The notes under the pieces: model-generated | Database searches by the model: none | Seen by the model: the letters and a program-made list of their open reading frames with translations, nothing else | Told to the model about the DNA's origin: nothing | Made by a program: the position numbers and the translations under genes | Shown here: positions 33,469 to 44,913 of the stretch, piece after piece | How the letters are laid out: every line of letters starts with the position of its first letter | How positions within the stretch are numbered: the stretch's first letter is position 1 | NCBI RefSeq assembly: GCF_048403405.1 | Contig: NZ_CP183129.1 | Length of the DNA stretch: 64,000 nucleotides | DNA from: Escherichia coli | GTDB lineage: Bacteria > Pseudomonadota > Gammaproteobacteria > Enterobacterales > Enterobacteriaceae | Direction: 5' to 3' (one strand)

Positions 33469-35160
33469 ATGAGATACATCAAATCGATTACACAGCAGAA
33501 GCTGAGCTTTTTGCTTGCAATCTATATTGGCCTTTTTATGAATGGCGCGGTTTTTTACCGCCGCTTCGGCAGCTATGCGCACGATTTTACCGTCTGGAAA
33601 GGCATTTCTGCTGTTGTTGAACTGGCCGCCACCGTACTGGTGACCTTCTTTTTACTACGTCTTCTTTCGCTGTTTGGCCGCCGTAGCTGGCGTATTCTGG
33701 CGTCGCTGGTGGTGCTCTTTTCCGCAGGTGCCAGCTATTACATGACCTTCCTTAATGTGGTCATTGGTTATGGCATCATCGCTTCCGTCATGACCACCGA
33801 TATCGACCTGTCAAAAGAAGTTGTTGGTCTGAACTTTATTCTCTGGTTAATCGCCGTTAGCGCATTGCCTCTTATCCTTATCTGGAATAACCGCTGTCGC
33901 TACACCTTGCTCCGACAACTGCGAACCCCAGGGCAGCGTATTCGCAGCCTGGCGGTCGTCGTACTGGCGGGTATTATGGTTTGGGCACCGATTCGTTTGC
34001 TGGATATCCAGCAGAAGAAAGTGGAGAGGGCGACCGGTGTTGATTTGCCCAGCTATGGCGGCGTCGTAGCGAACTCTTATCTGCCATCAAACTGGCTTTC
34101 GGCATTGGGGCTGTATGCCTGGGCGCGGGTCGATGAATCTTCCGATAATAATTCATTGCTTAACCCGGCGAAGAAATTCACTTATCAGGCACCGCAAAAC
34201 GTTGATGACACTTATGTCGTGTTTATCATCGGTGAAACCACGCGTTGGGACCATATGGGCATTTTCGGCTATGAGCGTAATACCACGCCGAAGCTGGCCC
34301 AGGAGAAAAATCTGGCGGCGTTCCGTGGCTATTCTTGTGACACGGCGACCAAACTTTCTCTGCGTTGCATGTTTGTACGAGAGGGTGGGGCGGAAGATAA
34401 TCCGCAGCGCACATTAAAAGAACAGAACATTTTCGCGGTATTGAAGCAGTTAGGATTCAGTTCTGATCTCTACGCTATGCAAAGCGAAATGTGGTTCTAC
34501 AGCAACACGATGGCAGACAACATTGCTTATCGTGAGCAGATTGGTGCGGAGCCACGTAACCGTGGCAAGCCGGTAGATGATATGTTGCTGGTAGACGAAA
34601 TGCAGCAATCGCTGGGGCGCAACCCGGATGGTAAGCATCTGATCATTCTGCATACCAAAGGTTCGCACTTTAACTACACCCAGCGTTACCCGCGCAGCTT
34701 TGCGCAGTGGAAGCCGGAATGTATTGGTGTTGATAGCGGCTGTACCAAAGCGCAGATGATCAACTCCTATGACAACTCGGTGACCTATGTGGATCACTTT
34801 ATCTCCAGCGTGATTGATCAGGTTCGCGATAAGAAAGCGATTGTGTTCTACGCAGCTGACCACGGTGAGTCAATTAATGAACGCGAGCACCTGCACGGCA
34901 CGCCGCGTGAACTGGCACCGCCGGAGCAGTTCCGTGTGCCGATGATGGTCTGGATGTCAGATAAATATCTGGAAAATCCGGTCAATGCGCAAGCATTTGC
35001 GCAGCTGAAAAAAGAAGCCGACATGAAAGTGCCACGCCGTCACGTAGAGCTGTACGACACCATCATGGGTTGTCTTGGCTATACTTCACCGGATGGTGGA
35101 ATTAACGAAAACAACAACTGGTGCCACATCCCGCAGGCAAGAGAGGCGGCGGCTAACTAA
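33469..35160 (+). CDS. eptB: Kdo2-lipid A phosphoethanolamine transferase (563 aa)
   Basis: N-terminal TM domain plus sulfatase-like periplasmic domain; start at [10 protein letters not shown]. Confidence 0.88.
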   Translation: MRYIKSITQQKLSFLLAIYIGLFMNGAVFYRRFGSYAHDFTVWKGISAVVELAATVLVTFFLLRLLSLFGRRSWRILASLVVLFSAGASYYMTFLNVVIGYGIIASVMTTDIDLSKEVVGLNFILWLIAVSALPLILIWNNRCRYTLLRQLRTPGQRIRSLAVVVLAGIMVWAPIRLLDIQQKKVERATGVDLPSYGGVVANSYLPSNWLSALGLYAWARVDESSDNNSLLNPAKKFTYQAPQNVDDTYVVFIIGETTRWDHMGIFGYERNTTPKLAQEKNLAAFRGYSCDTATKLSLRCMFVREGGAEDNPQRTLKEQNIFAVLKQLGFSSDLYAMQSEMWFYSNTMADNIAYREQIGAEPRNRGKPVDDMLLVDEMQQSLGRNPDGKHLIILHTKGSHFNYTQRYPRSFAQWKPECIGVDSGCTKAQMINSYDNSVTYVDHFISSVIDQVRDKKAIVFYAADHGESINEREHLHGTPRELAPPEQFRVPMMVWMSDKYLENPVNAQAFAQLKKEADMKVPRRHVELYDTIMGCLGYTSPDGGINENNNWCHIPQAREAAAN

Positions 35161-35210
35161 GCGGCCTGCTGACTTTCTCGCCGATCAAAAGGCATTTTGC
35201 TATTAAGGGA

Positions 35211-35239
35211 TTGACGAGGGCGTATCTGCGCAGTAAGAT
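35211..35239 (+). promoter_or_regulatory. proK promoter
   Basis: -35 TTGACG (35211-35216), 17-bp spacer, -10 TAAGAT (35234-35239), then GC-rich discriminator gcgccccgc. Confidence 0.6.
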
Positions 35240-35251
35240 GCGCCCCGCATT

Positions 35252-35328
<77 letters not shown>

Positions 35329-35664
35329 AATTCGAAATGCCTGCTCAGCGAGCAGGCTTTTTTGCATTTGTAGCTCATGAGGATGAGAACCTCCGGGGGC
35401 GGGGAGGTTCGACTCGAGCGAAGCGAGAGAACGTTGCGCCAGCAACGGCCCGCAGGGCGAGCCACGAAGTGGCGAGTAATCCTCTATCACCGACCAAATT
35501 CGAAAAGCCTGCTCAGCGAGCAGGCTTTTTTGCATCTGCAGCCCATGAGGATGAGAACCTCCGGGGGCAGGGAGGTTCGACTCGAGCGAAGCGAGAGAAC
35601 GTTGCGCCAGCAACGGCCCGCAGGGCGAGCCACGAAGTGGCGAGTAATCCTCTGGCACCGACCA
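35329..35664 (+). repeat. two tandem 168-bp direct repeats after proK, each with a terminator-like hairpin and a copy of the tRNA-Pro 3' end
   Basis: Unit 1 35329-35496, unit 2 35497-35664, about 95% identical; each has gcctgctcagcgagcaggcTTTTTT and ends in aatcctct(a/g)(t/g)caccgacca. Confidence 0.85.
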
Positions 35665-36260
35665 AATTCGGCACCGCACTCATTGTGGGATACAGCGTAT
35701 CCGTCTTATCCGATCTAAACGGCAACACACCACACATTTCCCTGCCAAATTTGCGCCCCATATCTCACTATCCATTAATGGATTTGTGACAGAAACCATT
35801 GTCTTTTTTTATATTTGCTTAAATCTTTTTTTGCGTTACTTATGACTGGCGCTGGCATTTTCCGCTGTGCGTTTTAGCGTTCATGGTATTAATCGCTCAG
35901 ATATCCACCTTTTCCTCAGATTTTTTTCACTAAATGCATAAAACTTAATCACCAAATGTTGCTAAATATTAAGCTGATTGTTCTGGTCATGTTGGAGTAG
36001 CACAAATTTCTCTGCTGCAAATAGCGGTTTGAAGTTTTTTTAATCTTTGTTTGTGGATTCTCACCGTTGGTGTAAATCCCGGTTGGCTGTATTGACGTTT
36101 TCACATTCTGTTGACAGATTGTAGGTCACGAGGGGCATTTTATGGAGGATCCGCACTGTTACACTGATGTTAATTAGTACGGCATCCCCACCTCATAACG
36201 TTGACCCGACCGGGCAAAAAACAAAAAAGGTCAGGCGGCGACAACCCACTGCAAAGGGTT

Positions 36261-36279
36261 AAAACAACAAACATCACAA
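36261..36279 (+). promoter_or_regulatory. C/A-rich element in the dppA leader, candidate GcvB sRNA target
   Basis: aaaacaacaaacatcacaa immediately upstream of the GGAG Shine-Dalgarno; GcvB is known to pair with C/A-rich leaders including dppA. Confidence 0.45.
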
Positions 36280-36292
36280 TTGGAGCAGAATA

Positions 36293-37900
36293 ATGCGTAT
36301 TTCCTTGAAAAAGTCAGGGATGCTGAAGCTTGGTCTCAGCCTGGTGGCTATGACCGTCGCAGCAAGTGTTCAGGCTAAAACTCTGGTTTATTGCTCAGAA
36401 GGATCTCCGGAAGGGTTTAACCCGCAGTTGTTTACCTCCGGTACTACCTATGACGCCTCTTCCGTGCCGCTTTATAACCGCCTGGTTGAATTTAAAATCG
36501 GCACCACCGAAGTGATCCCGGGCCTCGCTGAAAAGTGGGAAGTCAGCGAAGACGGTAAAACCTATACCTTCCATCTGCGTAAAGGTGTGAAGTGGCACGA
36601 CAATAAAGAATTCAAACCGACGCGCGAACTGAACGCCGATGACGTGGTGTTCTCGTTCGATCGTCAGAAAAACGCGCAAAACCCGTACCATAAAGTTTCT
36701 GGCGGTAGCTACGAATACTTTGAAGGCATGGGCTTGCCGGAGCTGATCAGCGAAGTGAAAAAGGTGGACGACAACACCGTTCAGTTTGTGCTGACTCGAC
36801 CGGAAGCGCCGTTCCTCGCTGACCTGGCAATGGACTTCGCCTCTATTCTGTCAAAAGAATATGCTGACGCGATGATGAAAGCCGGTACACCGGAAAAACT
36901 GGACCTCAACCCAATCGGCACCGGTCCGTTCCAGTTACAGCAGTACCAAAAAGATTCCCGTATCCGCTACAAAGCGTTTGATGGCTACTGGGGCACCAAA
37001 CCGCAGATCGATACGCTGGTTTTCTCTATTACCCCTGATGCTTCCGTGCGTTACGCGAAATTGCAGAAGAATGAATGCCAGGTGATGCCGTACCCGAACC
37101 CGGCAGACATCGCTCGCATGAAGCAGGATAAATCCATCAACCTGATGGAAATGCCGGGGCTGAACGTCGGCTATCTTTCATATAACGTGCAGAAAAAACC
37201 ACTCGATGATGTGAAAGTTCGCCAGGCTCTGACCTACGCGGTGAACAAAGACGCGATCATCAAAGCGGTTTATCAGGGCGCGGGCGTGGCAGCGAAAAAC
37301 CTGATCCCGCCAACCATGTGGGGCTATAACGACGACGTTCAGGACTACACCTACGATCCCGAAAAAGCGAAAGCCTTGCTGAAAGAAGCGGGCCTGGAAA
37401 AAGGCTTCTCCATCGACCTGTGGGCAATGCCGGTACAACGTCCGTATAACCCGAACGCTCGCCGCATGGCGGAGATGATTCAGGCAGACTGGGCGAAAGT
37501 CGGCGTGCAGGCCAAAATTGTCACCTACGAATGGGGTGAGTACCTCAAGCGTGCGAAAGATGGCGAGCACCAGACGGTAATGATGGGCTGGACTGGCGAT
37601 AATGGGGATCCGGATAACTTCTTCGCCACCCTGTTCAGCTGCGCCGCCTCTGAACAAGGCTCCAACTACTCAAAATGGTGCTACAAACCGTTTGAAGATC
37701 TGATTCAACCGGCGCGTGCTACCGACGACCATAACAAACGCGTTGAACTGTACAAGCAAGCGCAGGTGGTGATGCACGATCAGGCTCCGGCACTGATCAT
37801 CGCTCACTCCACCGTGTTTGAACCGGTACGCAAAGAAGTTAAAGGCTATGTGGTTGATCCATTAGGCAAACATCACTTCGAAAACGTCTCTATCGAATAA
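36293..37900 (+). CDS. dppA: dipeptide ABC transporter periplasmic binding protein (535 aa)
   Basis: 535-aa ORF with signal peptide; recognised DppA; followed by dppBCDF. Confidence 0.95.
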   Translation: MRISLKKSGMLKLGLSLVAMTVAASVQAKTLVYCSEGSPEGFNPQLFTSGTTYDASSVPLYNRLVEFKIGTTEVIPGLAEKWEVSEDGKTYTFHLRKGVKWHDNKEFKPTRELNADDVVFSFDRQKNAQNPYHKVSGGSYEYFEGMGLPELISEVKKVDDNTVQFVLTRPEAPFLADLAMDFASILSKEYADAMMKAGTPEKLDLNPIGTGPFQLQQYQKDSRIRYKAFDGYWGTKPQIDTLVFSITPDASVRYAKLQKNECQVMPYPNPADIARMKQDKSINLMEMPGLNVGYLSYNVQKKPLDDVKVRQALTYAVNKDAIIKAVYQGAGVAAKNLIPPTMWGYNDDVQDYTYDPEKAKALLKEAGLEKGFSIDLWAMPVQRPYNPNARRMAEMIQADWAKVGVQAKIVTYEWGEYLKRAKDGEHQTVMMGWTGDNGDPDNFFATLFSCAASEQGSNYSKWCYKPFEDLIQPARATDDHNKRVELYKQAQVVMHDQAPALIIAHSTVFEPVRKEVKGYVVDPLGKHHFENVSIE

Positions 37901-38050
37901 TTAAAAGCCATACCCGGTGGCGCTGTGCCTCTGCGTGCAGCGCCATCCGGCAGCAATACTTCATTCCCTGCCCGACCTGGGCGGGAATTGATTTGTGAGC
38001 AATACAGACACGCAGTTCCAGGCTGCGGGTCACTACAGAGAATCCGGGTT

Positions 38051-39070
38051 ATGTTGCAGTTTATTCTCCGACGTTTGGGACTCGTCATCCCCACGTTTAT
38101 CGGTATTACCCTTCTCACATTTGCCTTTGTCCACATGATCCCGGGCGATCCGGTGATGATCATGGCGGGCGAACGTGGGATCTCCCCAGAGCGTCACGCG
38201 CAGCTGCTGGCTGAACTCGGCTTAGATAAACCTATGTGGCAGCAGTATCTCCATTACATTTGGGGCGTAATGCACGGCGATTTAGGCATTTCGATGAAAA
38301 GCCGCATCCCGGTATGGGAAGAGTTCGTGCCGCGCTTTCAGGCCACGCTGGAACTTGGCGTCTGCGCGATGATTTTTGCTACGGCAGTCGGTATTCCGGT
38401 TGGTGTGCTGGCTGCGGTTAAACGCGGTTCCATTTTCGATCACACGGCGGTTGGCCTGGCGCTGACAGGTTATTCAATGCCTATCTTCTGGTGGGGCATG
38501 ATGCTGATCATGCTGGTTTCGGTGCACTGGAACCTGACGCCCGTCTCCGGTCGCGTGAGCGACATGGTGTTCCTCGATGATTCCAATCCGTTAACCGGTT
38601 TTATGCTGATCGACACCGCCATCTGGGGTGAAGACGGTAACTTTATCGATGCCGTCGCCCATATGATCTTGCCCGCCATTGTGCTGGGTACTATCCCGCT
38701 GGCGGTCATTGTGCGTATGACACGCTCCTCGATGCTGGAAGTGCTAGGTGAAGATTATATCCGCACCGCGCGCGCCAAAGGGCTGACCCGCATGCGGGTG
38801 ATTATCGTCCATGCGCTGCGTAACGCGATGCTGCCGGTAGTGACCGTTATCGGCCTCCAGGTGGGAACATTGCTGGCGGGGGCGATTCTGACCGAAACCA
38901 TCTTCTCGTGGCCCGGTCTGGGGCGCTGGTTGATTGACGCACTGCAACGCCGCGACTATCCGGTAGTGCAGGGCGGCGTATTGCTGGTGGCGACGATGAT
39001 TATCCTCGTCAACTTGCTGGTCGATCTGCTGTACGGCGTGGTGAACCCGCGTATTCGTCATAAGAAGTAA
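38051..39070 (+). CDS. dppB: dipeptide ABC transporter permease (339 aa)
   Basis: Start at MLQFILRRLGLVIP; ABC permease fold. Confidence 0.9.
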   Translation: MLQFILRRLGLVIPTFIGITLLTFAFVHMIPGDPVMIMAGERGISPERHAQLLAELGLDKPMWQQYLHYIWGVMHGDLGISMKSRIPVWEEFVPRFQATLELGVCAMIFATAVGIPVGVLAAVKRGSIFDHTAVGLALTGYSMPIFWWGMMLIMLVSVHWNLTPVSGRVSDMVFLDDSNPLTGFMLIDTAIWGEDGNFIDAVAHMILPAIVLGTIPLAVIVRMTRSSMLEVLGEDYIRTARAKGLTRMRVIIVHALRNAMLPVVTVIGLQVGTLLAGAILTETIFSWPGLGRWLIDALQRRDYPVVQGGVLLVATMIILVNLLVDLLYGVVNPRIRHKK

Positions 39071-39079
39071 GGGGACATC

Positions 39080-39982
39080 ATGTCACAGGTTACTGAAAAT
39101 AAAGTGATTAGCGCACCGGTGCCGATGACCCCGTTACAGGAGTTCTGGCACTATTTTAAACGCAACAAAGGCGCGGTCGTCGGGCTGGTTTACGTCGTCA
39201 TCGTGCTGTTTATCGCGATCTTTGCCAACTGGATTGCACCCTATAACCCGGCGGAACAGTTCCGCGATGCACTGCTCGCCCCGCCAGCCTGGCAGGAAGG
39301 CGGCAGCATGGCGCACTTGCTGGGCACCGATGACGTAGGCCGTGATGTGCTGTCGCGTCTGATGTACGGTGCGCGATTGTCACTGCTGGTTGGCTGTCTG
39401 GTAGTTGTGTTATCGCTGATTATGGGCGTTATTCTCGGCCTGATCGCCGGTTACTTCGGCGGCCTGGTCGATAACATCATCATGCGCGTGGTCGATATCA
39501 TGCTGGCGCTACCAAGTCTGCTGTTGGCACTGGTGCTGGTGGCGATTTTCGGCCCGTCGATTGGTAACGCCGCGCTGGCGCTGACCTTCGTTGCCTTGCC
39601 GCACTATGTGCGCTTAACACGCGCCGCCGTGCTGGTGGAGGTGAATCGCGATTACGTTACCGCGTCTCGCGTGGCAGGTGCCGGGGCGATGCGTCAGATG
39701 TTTATTAACATCTTCCCGAACTGCCTTGCGCCTCTGATTGTTCAGGCGTCGCTCGGTTTCTCTAACGCCATTCTCGATATGGCTGCTCTTGGTTTCCTCG
39801 GCATGGGGGCGCAGCCGCCAACGCCGGAGTGGGGCACCATGCTCTCCGACGTGTTGCAGTTCGCGCAAAGCGCCTGGTGGGTCGTGACCTTCCCGGGTCT
39901 GGCGATCCTGCTGACGGTGCTGGCATTTAACCTGATGGGTGACGGTCTGCGTGACGCGCTCGATCCCAAACTGAAGCAGTAA
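39080..39982 (+). CDS. dppC: dipeptide ABC transporter permease (300 aa)
   Basis: 300-aa ABC permease ORF. Confidence 0.9.
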   Translation: MSQVTENKVISAPVPMTPLQEFWHYFKRNKGAVVGLVYVVIVLFIAIFANWIAPYNPAEQFRDALLAPPAWQEGGSMAHLLGTDDVGRDVLSRLMYGARLSLLVGCLVVVLSLIMGVILGLIAGYFGGLVDNIIMRVVDIMLALPSLLLALVLVAIFGPSIGNAALALTFVALPHYVRLTRAAVLVEVNRDYVTASRVAGAGAMRQMFINIFPNCLAPLIVQASLGFSNAILDMAALGFLGMGAQPPTPEWGTMLSDVLQFAQSAWWVVTFPGLAILLTVLAFNLMGDGLRDALDPKLKQ

Positions 39983-39992
39983 GAGGTTCGAG

Positions 39993-40972
<980 letters not shown>

Positions 40973-40976
<4 letters not shown>

Positions 40977-41977
40977 GTACGCATGAGGCCACCTCGCAAC
41001 AACCGCTGTTGCAGGCTATCGACCTGAAAAAACATTATCCGGTGAAGAAAGGTATGTTCGCTCCGGAACGTCTGGTGAAGGCGCTGGATGGCGTTTCGTT
41101 TAACCTTGAACGTGGCAAAACGCTGGCGGTAGTAGGTGAATCCGGCTGCGGTAAATCTACCCTCGGTCGGTTGCTTACGATGATCGAAACGCCCACCGGC
41201 GGTGAGCTGTATTACCAGGGGCAGGATCTGCTCAAGCACGATCCGCAGGCGCAGAAGCTGCGTCGGCAGAAAATCCAGATCGTCTTCCAGAATCCCTATG
41301 GTTCGCTAAATCCGCGTAAAAAAGTTGGGCAAATTCTTGAAGAGCCGCTGCTTATTAATACCAGCTTAAGCAAAGAACAGCGTCGGGAAAAAGCCCTGTC
41401 GATGATGGCGAAAGTCGGCCTGAAAACCGAGCATTACGACCGCTATCCGCATATGTTCTCCGGCGGTCAGCGTCAGCGTATCGCCATTGCCCGTGGTCTG
41501 ATGCTCGACCCGGATGTGGTGATTGCCGATGAACCGGTTTCCGCGCTGGACGTTTCAGTGCGTGCGCAGGTGCTGAATCTGATGATGGATTTGCAGCAGG
41601 AGTTGGGGCTGTCTTATGTCTTTATCTCGCACGACCTGTCAGTGGTTGAGCACATTGCCGATGAAGTGATGGTGATGTACCTGGGCCGCTGCGTGGAGAA
41701 GGGAACGAAGGACCAAATCTTCAATAACCCGCGTCATCCGTACACTCAGGCGCTACTCTCCGCGACGCCGCGCCTGAACCCGGACGATCGCCGCGAGCGC
41801 ATCAAGCTCACCGGTGAACTGCCAAGCCCGCTCAATCCACCGCCGGGCTGCGCGTTTAACGCCCGCTGTCGTCGGCGCTTCGGCCCCTGCACCCAGTTGC
41901 AGCCGCAGCTAAAAGACTACGGCGGTCAACTGGTAGCTTGTTTTGCTGTTGATCAGGATGAAAATCCGCAGCGTTAA
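40973..41977 (+). CDS. dppF: dipeptide ABC transporter ATP-binding protein (334 aa)
   Basis: Walker [10 protein letters not shown], signature FSGGQRQR; 4-bp overlap with dppD. Confidence 0.9.
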
Positions 41978-41983
41978 CTCACA

Positions 41984-42008
41984 AAACCGGGGCCGTGCGC
42001 TCCGGTTT
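41984..42008. terminator. bidirectional terminator hairpin between dppF and yhjV
   Basis: aaaccgg / ccggttt stem; overlaps the yhjV stop codon. Confidence 0.45.
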
Positions 42009-43278
42009 ACTCAATCAGCTTCAACAGTGGCGACAAGCATAGCAAAATGCCGTAAAGCAGAATCAGCCAGGCTTTAAATCCGCGAAGTTTTTCCAGTTGT
42101 GCGACTTTATAGATCAGGAAAAACGGAATGAGGCACGACACAATGCCATATAACGGGCTTCCCAACTGAAAGAACACCAGCACCGATACACGAAACGAAA
42201 CCCAAATCGTCAACGTAATGACGATAAAAGCGCAGATCGCCAGAGTCAGCACGCGTGAATTAATTTTCTTGGTATCAATAATTCGGCTTAACAGATTGAG
42301 AATAATGCCTTTAATGGCCTCGTGGAAACCGAGATAAATGCCAAAGAATGCGGTCAGTACGGCAAAGATATTCAGCACCGTAGAGGTGATATGAATGATA
42401 TGCCCAGGGATCACCTGCGCGGCCAGTGCCAGTGCCGAGATATTTTGTTCAAAGGCAGAAACGGCTTCTTCGTGGCTAATTGAGAAGGTAAACGAAAAGG
42501 CAAAAAACAGGATCACCGCAATGAGCGTGATATAACTAATTCGGTGGGTACGCAGCGCGAGCCGGGTTGCCAGTACTTTATCTGCTTCCCGTTTACGATA
42601 GGCAATATTCATTGGGTTAAGTACCTGAATAAATACTGCAGAAAAGAAGCAAAATGGAATGGTAAGCAGGACATCGCGGAAAAAGACGGAGGCTTGCGGG
42701 AAGGCGGTTATATTGGCGAAATTCCAGTGCGGGATCATCGCAAAACCGAACACGACAATAATCCCTACTTTGACCACCACCATTGGCCCGGAAATCTTAA
42801 ACAGTAATCGTTCACCACCAGACGCAATTGCCACCAGTACGGCGAAAATGGCGACTTTATAAAGTAGAGATTGTGAAAGATCGGCATCGGTTAAACCGAA
42901 GGTTTTCAGGTACGAGGCGCTGTCGAAAACCACGGAGAGAGAGTAGATAAAAATCCCGTGGATAATCATCAAAAAGTAGATAACCCCGAGGAAAATTCCC
43001 CAGTTCTTCCCCAGGTAATGACTGATAATATCGGTGTAGTCATTACAGGAATCGCTTTCAGAAAGGGTTTTTAAATAAATGTCCTGCACTACCCAGGTGG
43101 CAGGATAAGCAATGATCGCTGCGGTAATAAATACCCAAATTCCCTTCAAGCCAATTTGTACTGGCATCAGCACGGTTCCGGCACCAATCGCCATGCCTAT
43201 GCATAATAAAACCCAGCCGAAGTCGTAGCGTGTAAACGGCAATTTCTGATCGTGTTTCGGTAGTGTGTTGTGCTGCAT
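42007..43278 (-). CDS. yhjV: amino acid (serine/threonine-type) permease family transporter (423 aa)
   Basis: Start at [10 protein letters not shown] inside a longer ORF; 11-12 TM segments. Confidence 0.85.
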   Translation of the reverse strand: MQHNTLPKHDQKLPFTRYDFGWVLLCIGMAIGAGTVLMPVQIGLKGIWVFITAAIIAYPATWVVQDIYLKTLSESDSCNDYTDIISHYLGKNWGIFLGVIYFLMIIHGIFIYSLSVVFDSASYLKTFGLTDADLSQSLLYKVAIFAVLVAIASGGERLLFKISGPMVVVKVGIIVVFGFAMIPHWNFANITAFPQASVFFRDVLLTIPFCFFSAVFIQVLNPMNIAYRKREADKVLATRLALRTHRISYITLIAVILFFAFSFTFSISHEEAVSAFEQNISALALAAQVIPGHIIHITSTVLNIFAVLTAFFGIYLGFHEAIKGIILNLLSRIIDTKKINSRVLTLAICAFIVITLTIWVSFRVSVLVFFQLGSPLYGIVSCLIPFFLIYKVAQLEKLRGFKAWLILLYGILLCLSPLLKLIE

Positions 43279-43753
43279 AAAGTCCTGTCCAGAAAGAAGT
43301 CGGCCTCGCAAAAATGAATAAACCCAGTTTCTCTTGCGCAACAGGTGGAGAAGTCGAATACGCAGTATGTAAAAAATGAGGCAACAGATTCACTGGGGAG
43401 GTCGCGAGTAGGCGCAATTCTACAAAATTGCGCATTTCACTACCAGTCTGGAGTCAGCCCGGATATGAACTGCAACTATTGCAAATAAAGAAATTAAGCT
43501 GGAAGGCATCGCGCAATGAGGAAGATTGCCGGGTGCTGACGGTAAAAAGCAATCGTAGAATCAGCGGCAAGCCGGAAAGGTTCCGGTGAGGCGCAATGTT
43601 GCGGGGGCTTTATCCCTGGTGGCATTGGTTGCTGGAGAGAGAAAACCCCCGCACGTTGCAGGTATGCACCTGACAACATCACGGGGGCCATTCTTGAACC
43701 TACACAACTCAAGAATAGCCGCGAAACGTTGTCATTACAACAGAGGCGGCTAT

Positions 43754-43861
43754 ATGACGCTCGCAGAGCTGGGCATGGCCTTCTGGCACGATTTAGCGGC
43801 TCCGGTCATTGCTGGCATTCTTGCCAGCATGATCGTGAACTGGCTGAACAAGCAGAAGTAA
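43754..43861 (+). CDS. Ldr-family type I toxin peptide, copy 1 (35 aa, ...NWLNKQK)
   Basis: MTLAELGMAFWHDLAAPVIAGILASMIVNWLNKQK; ATG at 43754. Confidence 0.8.
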   Translation: MTLAELGMAFWHDLAAPVIAGILASMIVNWLNKQK

Positions 43862-44236
43862 CGTGTCAGACGGGCGTCAGGCTGCCGTAATGGCAATTTG
43901 CGCCCGGATCAGGCCGCAGGGATAAAACTCTGCGGCCTTTTTCGTAAGAAAAATGCAACGGTTGCAAGCGGATAATATTCTGCGGAATGCGCAGCACAGA
44001 GTGAAGAAGTGACGGATTCCGGAACAGAAAAACAGTCGTAGAATCAGCGGCAAGCCGGAAGGGTTCCGGTGAGGCGCAATGTTGCGGGGGCTTAATCCCT
44101 GGTGGCATTGGTTGCTGGAGAGAGAAAACCCCCGCACGTTGCAGGTATGCACCTGACAACACCACGGGGGCCATTCTTGCATCCAAACAATACAAGAATA
44201 GCCGCGAAACGTTGTCATTACAACAGAGGCGGCTAT

Positions 44237-44344
44237 ATGACGCTCGCAGAGCTGGGCATGGCCTTCTGGCATGATTTAGCGGCTCCGGTCATTGCTGGCA
44301 TTCTTGCCAGCATGATCGTGAACTGGCTGAATAAGCGGAAGTAA
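44237..44344 (+). CDS. Ldr-family type I toxin peptide, copy 2 (35 aa, ...NWLNKRK)
   Basis: MTLAELGMAFWHDLAAPVIAGILASMIVNWLNKRK; 483 bp after copy 1. Confidence 0.8.
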   Translation: MTLAELGMAFWHDLAAPVIAGILASMIVNWLNKRK

Positions 44345-44719
44345 CGTGTCAGACGGGCGTCAGGCTGCCGTAATGGCAATTTGCGCCCGGACCAGGCCGC
44401 AGGGATAAAACTCTGCGGCCTTTTTCGTAAGAAAAATGCAACGGTTGCAAGCGGATAATATTCTGCGGAATGCGCAGCACAGAGTGAAGAAGTGATGGAT
44501 TCCGGAACAGAAAAACAGTCGTAGAATCAGCGGCAAGCCGGAAAGGTTCCGGTGAGGCGCAATGTTGCGGGGGCTTAATCCCTGGTGGCATTGGTTGCTG
44601 GAGAGAGAAAACCCCCGCACGTTGCAGGTATGCACCTGACAACACCACGGGGGCCATTCTTGCATCTAGACCATTCAAGAATAGCCGCGAAACGTTGTCA
44701 TTACAACAGAGGCGGCTAT

Positions 44720-44827
44720 ATGACGCTCGCAGAGCTGGGCATGGCCTTCTGGCATGATTTAGCGGCTCCGGTCATTGCTGGCATTCTTGCCAGCATGATC
44801 GTGAACTGGCTGAACAAGCGGAAGTAA
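44720..44827 (+). CDS. Ldr-family type I toxin peptide, copy 3 (35 aa, ...NWLNKRK)
   Basis: Identical peptide to copy 2; 483 bp after copy 2. Confidence 0.8.
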   Translation: MTLAELGMAFWHDLAAPVIAGILASMIVNWLNKRK

Positions 44828-44913
44828 CGTGTCATGCGGGCGTCAGGCTGCCGTAATGGCAATTTGCGCCCGGACCAGGCCGCAGGGGTGAAACTCTGCG
44901 GCCTTTTTCGTTC

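Larger units (their letters stand above)
43553..44910 (+). repeat. array of three tandem LDR units (483-bp period), each an ldr toxin / rdl antisense type I TA module
   Basis: Units 43553-44035, 44036-44518, 44519-about 44910; each has a 35-codon ldr ORF and a terminator (ggccgcag...ctgcggcc TTTTT). Rdl antisense RNAs are expected on the minus strand over the ldr leader but were not mapped. Confidence 0.85.

Noticed and set aside
43866-44678. Minus-strand ORFs of about 100-130 codons repeated across the LDR array
   Set aside because: They are the same frame repeated in each 483-bp unit on the strand opposite the ldr peptides; the LDR module is known to encode a 35-aa toxin and a small antisense RNA, not a 100-aa protein.
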